Assembly: GCA_963754925.1 (NCBI GenBank)
Contig: CAVWHX010000012.1
Span: 64,001 to 128,000, forward strand
Direction: 5' to 3'
Source of the DNA: an uncultured delta proteobacterium
GTDB taxonomy: Bacteria; Myxococcota; B64-G9
DNA: 64,000 bases
Part shown: piece by piece, positions 18,382-30,900 of the stretch
How the letters are laid out: each line of letters begins with the position of its first letter
Numbering within the stretch: position 1 is the first letter of the stretch
Notes under the pieces: generated by a model
Told to the model about the DNA's origin: nothing
Database searches by the model: none
What the model saw: the letters and a program-made list of their open reading frames with translations, nothing else
Translations under genes and position numbers: made by a program

Positions 18382-19060
18382 CCGTGGATTCCTCAAGCGC
18401 CAGAGCGGGCTCGACCTTCCTTCCCAGCTTTCCGCCAAACATCTCCGCCACCAGCAATGCGAGCTCCTCTGCCGCTTGGCGTAGTTCGGGCGCCTGCACG
18501 CCCAAAGCCGCCAGAGAGGTCGTTTGCAGGTTTTCAAGTCCGCACGCAACGATTGTTTTATAGTATGACAGATCTGTCGCTAGATTAAGAGCAAACCCGT
18601 GCGTCGAAATACGCCGAGAAAGGTGAAACCCCACCGCGGCGATCTTACGCCGGTCTACCCACACACCTGGGTGAAGATCCGACCAGCGCGCCTTAACGTG
18701 ATAACGTTCTAAAAAGTGAATTATTGCCTCGGCGTGCCCCCGCACCCATTGAGGCACCGAGCAACGCATCTGATCAAGAAACGCTACGGGATAACCCACC
18801 AACTGACCCGGACCGTGGTAGGTAATCCCACCGCCACGCCGAACCCAATGGACCCCGATGCCGCGCCTTTTGTACTCATCCTCGGACAGTTTTAGGTGGG
18901 CTCTTCTGGCGCCGCGCCCGAGAGTTATGGTAGGCGGATGCTCAAGCAAAAACAACCGTGGGTTGGCTCCCTGGGCAACTTTCCGCGCATAGGCGTATTG
19001 CATCGCAAGAGCCCGTTGGTACGGCACGGTGCCGAGAAAAGTCCACTCCCAATCATTCAT
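18359..19060 (-). CDS. lipB: Lipoyl(octanoyl) transferase
   Basis: LLEHPP, RGGGITYHGPGQLVGYP, RKIAAVG, HGFALN, IVACGL. Confidence 0.95.
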   Translation of the reverse strand: MNDWEWTFLGTVPYQRALAMQYAYARKVAQGANPRLFLLEHPPTITLGRGARRAHLKLSEDEYKRRGIGVHWVRRGGGITYHGPGQLVGYPVAFLDQMRCSVPQWVRGHAEAIIHFLERYHVKARWSDLHPGVWVDRRKIAAVGFHLSRRISTHGFALNLATDLSYYKTIVACGLENLQTTSLAALGVQAPELRQAAEELALLVAEMFGGKLGRKVEPALALEESTDVLASVA

Positions 19061-19072
19061 TCGACATACTCA

Positions 19073-19804
19073 TCATACACCGAGAAACAAACGTTTACCA
19101 AAGTTTGCCGCCAGATTGGCTGAAAATATTTTTTTTGCCGCGGATTCAATGTCGTATTCCGCTCGGTGATATTCGAACACCCGGGTATCGTTATCGAATA
19201 CGGTGTAGCACGCACGGTTATCATAGTCACGCGGCTGACCGACGCTGCCGTCGGTGAGAACATATTTTCGGTGACGCCGCAAACCAAAGCGGCGGGCCAC
19301 GACTTCGTTGACCTCCCCGATCGAGAGCGCAAACGATTTGGTAAGATGGGAGTGGCCAATGAAGTTAACATCAGCGATTTGATCGTAGTGACCCAACAAC
19401 TCTAATGCTTGACTGATGGTAAAGATATAATCAAAATCCTCGGGAACTATTGGGCTTCCGTGACTGAAACAAAGGTCGTCCATATTCACTAGATACGGCA
19501 ACTCACGCAACCAGGCGCGGTTTTCTGGAGTTAATTGGTCCACACACCAATCCAACGCATCGCGCGCCTCCTGGTAATAGTAACTGTAATCCATGAGGCC
19601 TGCCACGGCTGCGTCATGGTTTCCTAACACGACCACCGAGGCAAGGCCCTTCACGATGTCACAGCACTCGTTTGGATTGGCGCCGTAGCCAACCACATCT
19701 CCAAGGCAAATATACGTATCGATTCGCTTGTCCTGGTAACCTGCGATCACCGCCTGAAGCGCCTCCAGGTTGGAATGCACATCGGAGAAAACACCAAGAC
19801 GCAT
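19073..19804 (-). CDS. Metallophosphoesterase family protein
   Basis: SDVHSN, LGDVVGYG, GNHD, HGSP, GHSH, GSVGQPRD; GGAGG RBS. Confidence 0.93.
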   Translation of the reverse strand: MRLGVFSDVHSNLEALQAVIAGYQDKRIDTYICLGDVVGYGANPNECCDIVKGLASVVVLGNHDAAVAGLMDYSYYYQEARDALDWCVDQLTPENRAWLRELPYLVNMDDLCFSHGSPIVPEDFDYIFTISQALELLGHYDQIADVNFIGHSHLTKSFALSIGEVNEVVARRFGLRRHRKYVLTDGSVGQPRDYDNRACYTVFDNDTRVFEYHRAEYDIESAAKKIFSANLAANFGKRLFLGV

Positions 19805-19889
19805 AGATTCCTCCGGCATCGTGCCGAAAGTTCTCGGTACCGTAACATGAGCTATGCTACCGCGCAAGCGAATCGTAGGGAAAAGGGGG

Positions 19890-21711
19890 TTACCCACCCA
19901 ATTTGAGTGGAAGTCTCGGAACCTCGATGGGCTAACCGGTAAATCGCGGAAATTTCATTGCTTTAATAACATAGGTAATACAGTTGGCGACAAATGTCCC
20001 TCGATGCTCCTCGGAGAGTGTATTGACCGTGTTAACCCGACCGTTATTCTCAATAATAAATGAAATAAGCATCGTCCCGGTAATCGAGGGATCGCGCTGT
20101 TGCTGTTGCTCGACACAGCTTTTCATCTGATCGATTTTTCCCCGGATCACCCCTTTGATCTGCTCATTGGTCAAGGTGTTGGGAAGATTGGCGCTGTCTT
20201 CAGCGCCTCCCGATGTGGTTTGGGATAAAGCAGACTTTTTATGTGAATCTTTAGCGGCGATTGGTTGAGCTGAACGTTTAGACGGGGCGGTAGTTATTTT
20301 TTCTTCTGATTTTTTCGGCAGGTCTCTTAAGGAAGTTGTCGCTTTGGTTTCTTTTGACCTCCGCTACCTTAATAGGCGATTTTTCGACGGTCGTTTCAGC
20401 TTGCTTAACCGCTGGTTCTTTTTTTTCTGCCGAATCCTCCCGCGAGGCCCTAACCCCTACGGTCGCGCTACTGGTATTCGCTACATTCGTCGGCGGCAAG
20501 CCTTTGTCATTAACGTTCAAATTTTGTTTGTTTTCTTCCCTGCCCGTTACAGCCGCTTGAACGTCGCCAATCGGAAGTTTGAGGGAATTAATCATAGGGG
20601 CTGCTGAATTCTCACTGACTGCAATACCTTTCGGCCGCCCGATCGCCGACGCCGTTGAACCGTTCGCGTTTGTTTGTGAACGGGTGGCCAAATGGTAGAC
20701 GATGATGCTGATTACCAGAACGAGCGCTGCTGCAATCACTGAACCGAGCAGTATCTTTCTGGTCGAGCTTCCGCCGCCACCAAGATACTTCGGTTTGACG
20801 ATTACCTGGCTGAAACCGGTATGTTGAGTCTGGAATATAGATTCGTGTTTCTCGGAAGAAACCTCACTGGCGGTTTCATCGCGCTCCCAGGGCGGCACCT
20901 CGTCAGATACCAAGGTAGAGAGAACACCCTGGGGCTTTTTTGGATGCTCCTGGTCCGCGGGTTCTATACCCGTGACCGATGCCAGTTCCTTTTCAACGAG
21001 CGCGGTCAGCGAAAAATCACCGGTACCCGTCGCTGGCGGATTTTCCGGCGCAGCCGTGACGGTATTTGAGTCTGGGGTCGCCTGTTCTCTCGATGGGACG
21101 TTCAATCCCAGGATCTCTCGCAGCTGCGGCAGCTCTTGCAACGACTGCCAATCCTCCATACCCTGGCGCCAAACCAGGCTGTTTGCATCAATCAGTCGAT
21201 TGTTGAGTTTTTCCTTGAGCTCCGCAAGAGAAAACGGCCCGACTTGCTTGTTGTCAATGGCCGCATACCAGTCTTCACCTGCCTCAGGTTTTTCGGTCGA
21301 TGGCTCAGAACTGCCCCCGAGGTTATCGAATACGTGATCTATTTTTTCATGTTCCCGTTCCGGAGTCGTCGGTCCACTTTGGGCGCGCAGCCGATCAAGT
21401 TCGTGCAAATCAACGATCTCTGTTTGGCGCTCATCGGCTTCGTTTGCCTGTCTAGAATCGAGGCCATCCTTCATCAGTTGGTCGAAGGCCTGTCCCAGCT
21501 CGTCCCCATCGGGAACGGCCGTGGCGTCGGGCTTTTGGCTGACCCGCGCGGCGGACGATGGGTTCGTCGCGACCGCCTCCGTACGCGCACTCGTTGAACG
21601 TAAGGTGATCATGTTGCCACAACGTTTACAACGGACTTTGATGCTCTTGTGCCCAACCTTATCATCCGAAATCATGTATTGGGTTTGGCAGTTATCGCAA
21701 ACAAACTTCAT
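19890..21711 (-). CDS. gltJ: GltJ/AgmX-like protein (zinc ribbon, GYF, TM, TonB-C); frameshift near 20300-20355 and in-frame TAG at 19932
   Basis: CDNC..CKRC zinc ribbon, WYAAIDNKQVGPF/LVWRQGMEDW GYF domain, TM helix. The shifted frame leads into the 19932-20174 TonB-C-like ORF. Follows gltI. Confidence 0.8.
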
Positions 21712-21990
21712 TGACTACATCCTTGGGCCTGGGGTTTTCCCCTATTCAGATTAGACGATGCATGGTAAAGGATAGTTCTATCCTTTAGGATATGATATCA
21801 AGATCAGGCGTTGACCTCAAGTTTACGCACTCCCTCGCAGCCAACTGACAAATAAAACAGTGAGATCAGTATAAGTTAAACCGATCCAACACTTCCGGTT
21901 AACCTCTTCAAAACTGAGTATCATTGAGGTGAAAAATGCCAACGCAGGTTTCAGTCTGATACGGTCTTTAGCTTACCTTTTCGAATGGCC

Positions 21991-24900
21991 TCAGGTTTTC
22001 GCAACCGTCAATCCAATTGCCTCTCGTAAGGCGAGGTATTCTTGGCTCGAAGCGAATTGCAGAATATCGCGGATTTTCTGAATGGGACGTGAAGGGGTCA
22101 ATCCCCGTGTCTCACCTTTCAAGATACTCAACGCAACACCCACGTCATTGCACGCCACAAATCCAGCTCGGTTGACCGAGTGTTCCACAGCTTCGAGCCA
22201 TCGGCGGAGGTCGTGATTCTTCGCATCCTTCAAATAATCGTTCGCCGCCTTCTGAAGCAGATTCAGCCCGGCGTTGTCTAGATGCCGTTTTATGTTGTCG
22301 CTGGCTCGCTCAATCCCTTTCGAATCACCCTCCCCCCGGTAATTGGAATCCACCATGAGGCATACCGCATCCAACAAATTGGAGAGCTCAGAGAGCGGTA
22401 GGGCGCTGGCTAAAATAAATTCCCGGCGGATCATCGCGAGCACCCGGCCGATGTAGAAAAGCAGATGCCGTTGTTTGTCCTCGCGGAAGACATCCCGGTA
22501 TGCTATGATTACGGTTGGTTTGGTCAACGCTATCACCAACCCCGGCGGAACCTGTGGATCTTCGTCCTTGAGAGAGTACACCTCGATTTCTGGTCCGCCG
22601 AGGATCTTAGCACCGATGCGAAAGTTGTGGCAAAACAGGCTCCGATCCCGAGCCAGATCCAGAAGCTGCCCGCCGCGCCGACGCAAATTAAGATCCTTGG
22701 AGTCCACCACGAACATCGACGCAGCGTAGCCAAAGAGCGTGGCGAAGATTCGGGTTGTGGGAACCTTGACATTGGGGTGGGCCAGCAGTTTTTCCCAGAT
22801 TTGGTCGCCAATCGGCCGCGCGGCAACATCGGGCGCTTTTTTCGAGTAGAAACCTATTATTTTTTGCTCTTCTTCGTCAGCCTGCTTCAGGTGCCGCAGA
22901 ATCAAAGCCAAGGTGTAAACTTTGTCATATTCCTTTTTGCCTTTATATAACTTCGAGAGGGAACGATAGCTACCGATGCGATCAACCGAGATGGCCAACA
23001 CGCGGTGGTGGATGGCAACGGCCTCTTCGGGTTTTGAATCTTCCAGGAGGTCTCCCAAGGTCGCCAGCGCCTCCACGTCCTCAGGATCGAGTGAGGTGAT
23101 CATCCGATAGGCATCGATCGCCTCATTGAAGTTCCTAAGAGCCCGACACAGTCCGGCCAAGTCCTTCCAAAGCGCCAGTTTGGTTTTACGCGCCTCGATC
23201 GGCATGCGTTTGATCATTCTGACGTAGTTGTTCTTCAATGATAACCAATCTTTACATCGGGAAAGGATGGTGACGATCGCCTCAAACGCCCTCACCGCCG
23301 ATGGATCAATGTCCAACGCGGCGTTGAGATGCAATACGGCGTTTGATTCATCGTGGAGCTGGTCGCTGAGAACCTGCCCCATCTGGATGTGGTACTCGAC
23401 GCGACGACTCGGCCGGCTTTCTACCTGAATCAACTGTTCCAGCACCTCGACCGCCTTTTGATGTTGCTGGGTATCAGCGTACACCTTCAGCAGTCCAGAC
23501 AGTACGTCGAGGTTGTCGGGCCTAAGGCGCAGGGCCCCTTGCAGGGCCTCGGCAGCGCGGAAAGAATCCTGCAACTTGTCCGAGCAGATCTGGGCCAGGT
23601 GGATATACCATTCGAACAGATCGTCCCCCCCCATCACCTCCGCCAATCGCACGCCGCAGTCGTACGCTTCCTCCCACTTCTCCTGTTCTTCATAGATACG
23701 TGCCAATGATTGCAGCGACGCTTGATGTTGGTCATCGATCTCCAGCGCCTTGTTGAAGTTTCCCGTGGCGCGTTCGGTTTCACCGAGATGGTGGCTCACG
23801 TTGCCGATTTGCCAATAGAGCTCAGCCACCTCAGCATCGGATAGGCTATCGCGGTGGTGGATCAGCAATGCTTGATACACGCGATACGCTTCTTCCCAAC
23901 GCTGGGCCTTGAGTAATGCGTTACCTAACCCCTCCAGGGCGGGCAAGTAGGTAGCATCCAACTCGTTGGAGAGCCGATAATTCGCGAGCGCTTTCTCCTC
24001 GTTGTTCAGTTTTTCGGTGATATACCCGAGTCGGTAGTACTGGCGGCAGAGCTCTTTGGTATCGGTGTGGCGATCTAAGCCGGCTACAACTATTTCCATC
24101 ATCGCCTCGGCCTGCTCCCATTCTTCTGTGCGGAAGTAAATATCGGCCAATGGCTTTGCGGCCGGCAGATAGTCAGGGGTACAGCGCAGCGCCTGTTCAT
24201 AGTAGCTCGCCGCCCGGCGCATGTCGTCCCGCTGCTCTTGAAAAAACTTACCGATTTCAAACAGCAGGCGAGTTTTCTCCTCGGTGTCTTCGGTGTGCTC
24301 GGCCTCCTGGATGAGCATTTCCTGGTAACGCTCGTTGTCCTTTTCGAGGTAGTAGATCAGTTTGAGGGCTTTGATGGCCGGCAGGTAGGATGGATCGATA
24401 GCCAGCGCCCGGGTATATGCTTCGCGCGATGCCGAAGAATCAAGCAGCATATCTTCGTTGATCTTACCCAGGCGGTAGAACAACTGCACGGCGTCGGCGG
24501 TCGCTCCACAGAGCTCGGCCTCTCGTTTGAGCATATCGATTGCCGTAAACCAATTGCCGCTCTTCTCGTACAGTTGTCCGAGGGCGTGTATGGCCGGTCG
24601 TGAGTGCGGATCTATTTCGAGGGCCTTGATAAAAACCTCCTCGGCCCTGTCTGCCCGGTTGAGGTCATGATATAAAATCTCACCTATCGCCAGGTGAATT
24701 TCTACGAGCTCTGCGGGGGCATCTATCAAAGCGACATGCCGATAGTACAAATCGATCAATCGATTGAAATCGCCTAATCGACGTACGAGCCGCTCGAGGG
24801 TTTTGATGGCGAATAAATTCGCTGGATCCAACTCGAGAATGCGGTCATAGGTCGCAGCCGCTTGCTGAACGTCGTCGAACCGCTCCTCCCGGAGGCTCCC

Positions 24901-27900
24901 GAGCTTGTTGAGGGTCTTGATCTTCTCTTCGACATCGGGAACCAATTCCACCTGCTGATCAAACACCTGCAACAAGTCGGTCGTGCGATCCAGCTTGGTG
25001 TAGATGCGCTCGAGCGATTTGAGGCTGTCAAGGTGCGTCGGTTCAACCTCGAGTACCTGACGATAGGCACCGATTGCCTCTTCGTCGTTGTTGAGCTGAC
25101 TTTCCCAAATACCGCCTATTTGGAATAGTTGCCTAATCGTCTCACTGCGGTCACCGGTCTGATCGGCGATACGCCGCATGACGAGGATTAGATCCAACCA
25201 GCGTTCTTCCTTCTGGTAGAGCCGCATCAATTCCTGGATAGTGGGCTCGTCGCGCCCGTCGAGCTCCAGAATGCGTCGCAGGCTCTCGATCGCCAAATCA
25301 GGACGCCGCAGCTTCTGTTCTTGCAGTGAAGCTATCTGCCGGCGGATATCTTTACGCTCCTCGAGCTCGTCGCTACGGGTGTACTTGGTCTCCAACACAT
25401 GGATCAAGTCCTCCACCCGCTCCTGTTGACGATAGAGCTCGGCGAGGCGATCCAACGAAGAGAGATCGCGTTTGTCCAATTCCACCGCCCGGCGAAGGTT
25501 CTCCTCGGCCGCTGTGGGATTGTTGAGATGCTTGAGATGTATTTCAGCGATCTTCTGGAAGAAACGCACCGCCCGCGGGCCGGCCGCGACCTCTTCGGTG
25601 GCATTGTGGAGCTCATCAAGGAACGTCTCGTAGTCCTCGGTCTGAGCCGCGAGATCTTCGAGCCGTGACAGCACGACGTCGTCGCTAAAATCCTCGCGGA
25701 AAGCCGCGCAGTAACGCGCGAAGGCCAACGCTTTTTGTCCGAGATTGCGCTCGTAGATTTCGGCAATTATTTTGATCTGGTTGACGCGATCCTTTCGTTC
25801 GCGGATGTGCTGCAAGCGCGACTCGAGCAGGGTAGCCAACCGGCGCCATTCCTTGCTGCCGCGGTAGATTTCCTCGGCCGCTCGAAAGGCTTCTTCGTGA
25901 AAGGGATCTGTCTCGAGGATCTTTTCATAAGCTGGCGCTGCTCCCAGAGGCCGCCCGATCTTGTCTTTCCACACGGCTGCGACGTCCAGCAGCAAAGTAA
26001 TTTTATCCGCGGCGATCGCTTTACGCTCGGCCTCCTGTTCAAGGATACTAACCGCCTCGTTCCAGGCGCCGTTGAGCTTGAAGATACGCACCAGTCGCTC
26101 GAGATCGGCGTCGGTGTGCGGCTCAATGTCCAACGCGCGTTTGGCCGCCTCAATCGCCCGGTCACGGTTTGCCAGCTTTTCGCCAAGAATATCAGCCATC
26201 TCTAGGCGGAGGCTCTTGACGCCGATCAGATCTTTCTGCGTATTCACCAGCCGGGTCAGCACCTTGAGCAAGTTGTCCCACTGACCGGTCGCCGTGAAAA
26301 TACTCCTGAGAGCTTGCAAGGCCGTTAGATTCTTCGGGTCGAGGCGCAACACCTCCTGCCAATTCTTGATGGCTTCATCGTATTGACCCAGCTTTTCACC
26401 CTTGACCCACCCCAGGCGACCGGAGAGCACGGCCATACGCTCGGGATCGACAACGCGCTTGAGGCGGGTTTGGATCAACTGCACCAACTCGCTCCAACGC
26501 TCGGTGCGCTCATACAGCGTATCGAGCGCATCGCAGGCGTCTTCTCGTTGGGCGTCCATCGACAGCAGGCGCTTCCACAACTCTATCGCTTCGTCCGGAC
26601 GATTGAGCTGGTTCGCCGCCAGATCGGCCATGCGGGCTATCAACTCACCCTTTTCCGCCGTATCGGTGGCCAACTCCAAATGTGACCGCAGCGCCTCGTA
26701 GAGGGCTTGGTGCTCCCCTTGGTCGGCGTACGCGCGCTCAAGCATGCGTACGCTCTCAAGGTGCGTCGGGTCGAGATCGAGCGCCCGCCGAAAGTAACCG
26801 ATAGATTTTCCGGATTGCTTGAGCTGAGAAATCAGCACCACTCCCGCCCGATAGAGCAACGGCACCTGATCGCTGGCGGGGACGGCGCTTGAAAGCCTTG
26901 AAAGCACATCGACCAGATCCTCATGCGCCTGGCGCTGTTCAAAAATCCTCTCGAGCGCTTTGAGCGCGGTCAAGTTTTTGCTGTCAAATTTCAGCGCCGC
27001 TTTGTAACAACGCAGCGTCGTCTCAGAATCACCGCTCTGATCCTCGTGAATCTGCGCCAATTTGAGCGCGATCGCCGCGCCGACACTCGGCTCTTCGATG
27101 TTGTCGAGCTCTTCCTCGTAGACGGCTGCGAGCACCTCACGGCTCTCGTCCTCGGCGGCAATACGTTCGAGCTGGGTGCGTACTCCCGCGTTGGTGGGAT
27201 CCTCGTGAAACATACGCACATAGGTATTAACGCCACCGTACGCGCCCCAAGCTTTTCCTCTTGAACTTGGGCGATGGTACCGAGCAACTCCATGCGACGG
27301 GTCAACACCCGCGATTGATCCACGTGACGTTCGAGCAACCCAACATATTTTTTCCACTCGCCCGTGCGCTCGTAGGCCGACTCAAGCAGGGTTCCGCTGC
27401 CCTCAAGCGTCCGCCCATCAGCGATAGCCGTCTCCAAATGCCGGATAGTGGCGACATGGCTTGGATCGCTCTGGAGCACATCACGATACAACAACATGGC
27501 TTTGCGTTGATCGTTGAACTCCTGCTCGAACAAGGTTCCCAAACGAAAGCGCAGGTCCAAGCTCTCCGGACGCTCACCTCGTTTATCAAGCAACCGGATC
27601 TGGGCCACCAACACCTCGACCAACTCCCGCAATCGGCCATGCTGGGTACACAGTCGATCGAGCGCCCGCAGGGCGGCGAGGTCTTCTGGCTGCTGCTCGA
27701 GGACTTCGCGGTAGGTAAGTATCACCGCGTTGATATCATGGAGATTTTCTTCCTGAATACCGCCCACTTCGTATAACAGTCTGGAGCGCTCCTCGGGGGT
27801 GGAAGCCAGCTTTACCCGCCGCCGTAGCACATCGGCTAACGCCTCAAACTCGCCGCGTTGGCGGTGAATACGTTCGAGCGCTAACAACGCATCGTTATCT

Positions 27901-30900
27901 TTTGGTTCCAGCGCCACCACCGCGCGGAGGTGCTCCACGCTCTGGTCCACATCTCCCAGGCGTTCTTCACACAGCTCAGCCAGTCGGCGTCTGAGCGCAA
28001 CCGACAGGGTATGGTCTTCCAATGACTCCAGACAATGAAGGTAAACGCTGACCAGCGACTGATAGTTGTTGGTCTCCTGCGCTAAACGCTCGAGGCTGAG
28101 CCTCACCCGCTCGTCGGCCGGTTCTAATTGCAGTACCCGGCCGAGGGTGTTAAAAGCCTGCTCTTTCTGGCTAAGACGGTTTTCGTAGATGCCCGCCATG
28201 CGGATCAATGCACTCTTGCGCGCCGCCACGTCCGGCGCGAACTCACAGACGACGTCGAGGGCCGCAATAAGGTGACGGAAATCGCCCACCCCTTCGAGAA
28301 AGCGAACCAGGATCGGGGCTATGACGCTCTTAGCCTGACCCACGTCAAACATCGCAACGAGCGCCGCGACAGCATCCGGCTGGCCGGGCACCCGATCGAG
28401 CACTTCCGAAAATAAAGCCGCTGCCTGTTCCGGCTTGGCCAGGTGTGCCTGGAGTAAATGAGCAATGCGTAGTTGCAATGATATGAGCTCAGATTCGCTG
28501 GCGTGCTCGATTTCGGCTTGCAAGATTTCGCGCAGTTCCTCGTGACGCTGTTCTTTCTCCAACAAGCGCTCTAATGACTTCAGTACCGCCAGGTCGCGCG
28601 GATCATCGGCCAGGATCTCGTGATAGGCCTCGATGGCGCCATCATTGCGCCCGAGACGTTCTTCCATCAGGGTAGCCGTCTCCTGGTAGAGATCACGCCG
28701 CCGGGTTCGCTCGGTTTCGAGCTCCGCCAGGTGGCGCAGGATACCCACCAGCTCGGGATAGGCCGCACGCTCACGGTACAGACGCTCTAACGCCTTAAGC
28801 GCCTCCAGGTCATCGGGGTCGCGCGCCAGGACATGGCGCCAACGGGAGAGCGCTTCGTCTTTATCTTGCAGGACCGCTTCCTGTAGCTGCGCCAGACGAC
28901 GCTCAAGAGCCGGACCAACGATGGTTTCGGCCGCCTGCGGCAACAATTCACGGTAAAGTTCGGCCAACTCTTTATATTTTCCGGTCTCCTGGGCCAGCCG
29001 CTCAAGATCGCGACGGATCCCCTCGTCCTCAAGATGTTCACGGAAGGCACGACAGGCCACCACAAACGCCTTGGGTTTTTGAACCAACTCGACTTCATAC
29101 AAGCGCATCATCTCGCGATACAGTTTCAACCGCTCCTGCGGATCGCTCCGCGCCGCCAGGCGCACCTCGCCGATGAACACCAGCTTGCCGAAATCGCTCA
29201 ACTGCCGGTATGCCGGGTCCAGCAGCTCGGCGGCGAGCGGTCGCGTTGCCTCGACGGTCAACATACGCTCGAGGAGTTCGATGGCGCGCGGCTCGATCGG
29301 GTTTCGCTGTAATACCGCTCGAAGAGCTTCAACCGCGGCGGGGGAATCGTTCAGCCGGTCGAGCTGCACGTGCGCCAATCGCAGGAGCAGTTCTTGCTCC
29401 AATTCGGGATCCGGCGCTTGGGGATCGTTGCAGAGCTGAATCTCTGTTTTGACCACCTCCACCAACTCACCATAGCGCTCACGGGCCACCAACAACTGAT
29501 CGAGGAGGCGCAGCGCCCGCCGTTCGGTCGGATCGAGACGCAAAATCTGCTGGTACGCGGTGATGGCTTGATCAGGATCGCCAACCCCTTCCGCCAAACA
29601 GGCCGCTGCCTGGAACAAGAGCTCCTTCTTGCGCTCTGGGTCGGTCGCTTGCTGCAGCTGGCGATAGTAGATCTGCACCAACGCCGGAAAGTTACCATCC
29701 TCCCGATAGAGACGTTCGAGGGCGTAGAGCACATCGGAATCATCCTCGTGCACCTTAAACAGATCGCTCCATATCTCGACTGCCTGAGCGCGCTTGCCGA
29801 GGTACTTCTCATAGATCTCGGCACTGCGCTTACTGAGCTCAAATGCGAGATCGCTGCCCCGCAGGCGCTCGATCACCCCCTGGTACGTTGCCGCCAGCTC
29901 TTCGAAAAACGAACCCTCCTGAGCCAGACGCAGCAAATCCCGCTGCACTCCCTCATCCTGCGGCTGCTCTCGGAAGGCACGGGTGACCACTTCAAAGGCT
30001 CGCTCCTTCTCATTGAGGCGCTCTTCGTATAGCTCTTTAAGTTGAGCATAAAAGTGAAGCCGCTGAGCTGGCTCCTGGGTGGCGCCAAGGCGCATTTCGA
30101 GGATCGCCGCCAGTTTGAGCCACTCGGCGTTAGTGCGAAAAATCCCTTCAAGTACCTCCGCCGCGGATAATCGACAGCGCTCATCGCCCAACAACTTCTC
30201 AAGGTTTGACACGGTCTCGGGGTGGTTAGCCTTGAGTTCAACAATAGTTTTATAGGTTTCCACCCCCGCCGCCGGTTGATCGAGCCGGGTGATGTAGATC
30301 CCGGCCAAGCGGTTGTTATAGTCGACAACGTCGGCGGTGTTTTTTGACAAACGCGCCAATTTCGGCAGCACCGCCGCCGCTTCTTCCCAGCGGTTGGTAC
30401 CCTCGTACAACCTCTCCAGTTGTTTGGCGGCAGCAAGATCGTCCGGATCAAACTCACCGATTTGCTGATAGCACAATATCGCTCCGTTGAGATCGCCAAG
30501 CTGCTCCTCGCTCAGCTGCGCCACCTGCATGAGAAGCTCGCGGCGCTTCGAGGGATCACCGGTGCTCTCAACCTGCCGCAGGAGAACCCAGGTCAACTCG
30601 CCGAACGACTTGGCTTCGCGATAGATCGTCTCCAACCTGCTCAGCACCGCCGTTTGCCGCGGATCGATATCGAATAGTCGTCTGAGGCTCGCGGCGGCGA
30701 GATCGGGTCGCTGCAATTTTTCGTAATACAGCGCGGCCAGATTCGGCAGCAGCTGCCGCTGCAGTGCCGGATCCGATTGGGAAGAAAGCGCTTCCTCGAG
30801 CGCGGCCGCGAGGTTGCCAAAGGTGCCGAGCCGTTCGCACAGTCGCTCCATCTGCTGAAATACGTCCGCTCGCGTGCTGTCAACGCGAAACGCCCGCAAC

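Noticed and set aside
19932..19934. Genome-wide TAG reassignment
   Set aside because: TAG terminates imuA, the kinase, sulP, osmC and the Ldh gene at expected positions.
27200..27260. Programmed frameshift in gltI
   Set aside because: No slippery heptamer; a single missing T explains it.
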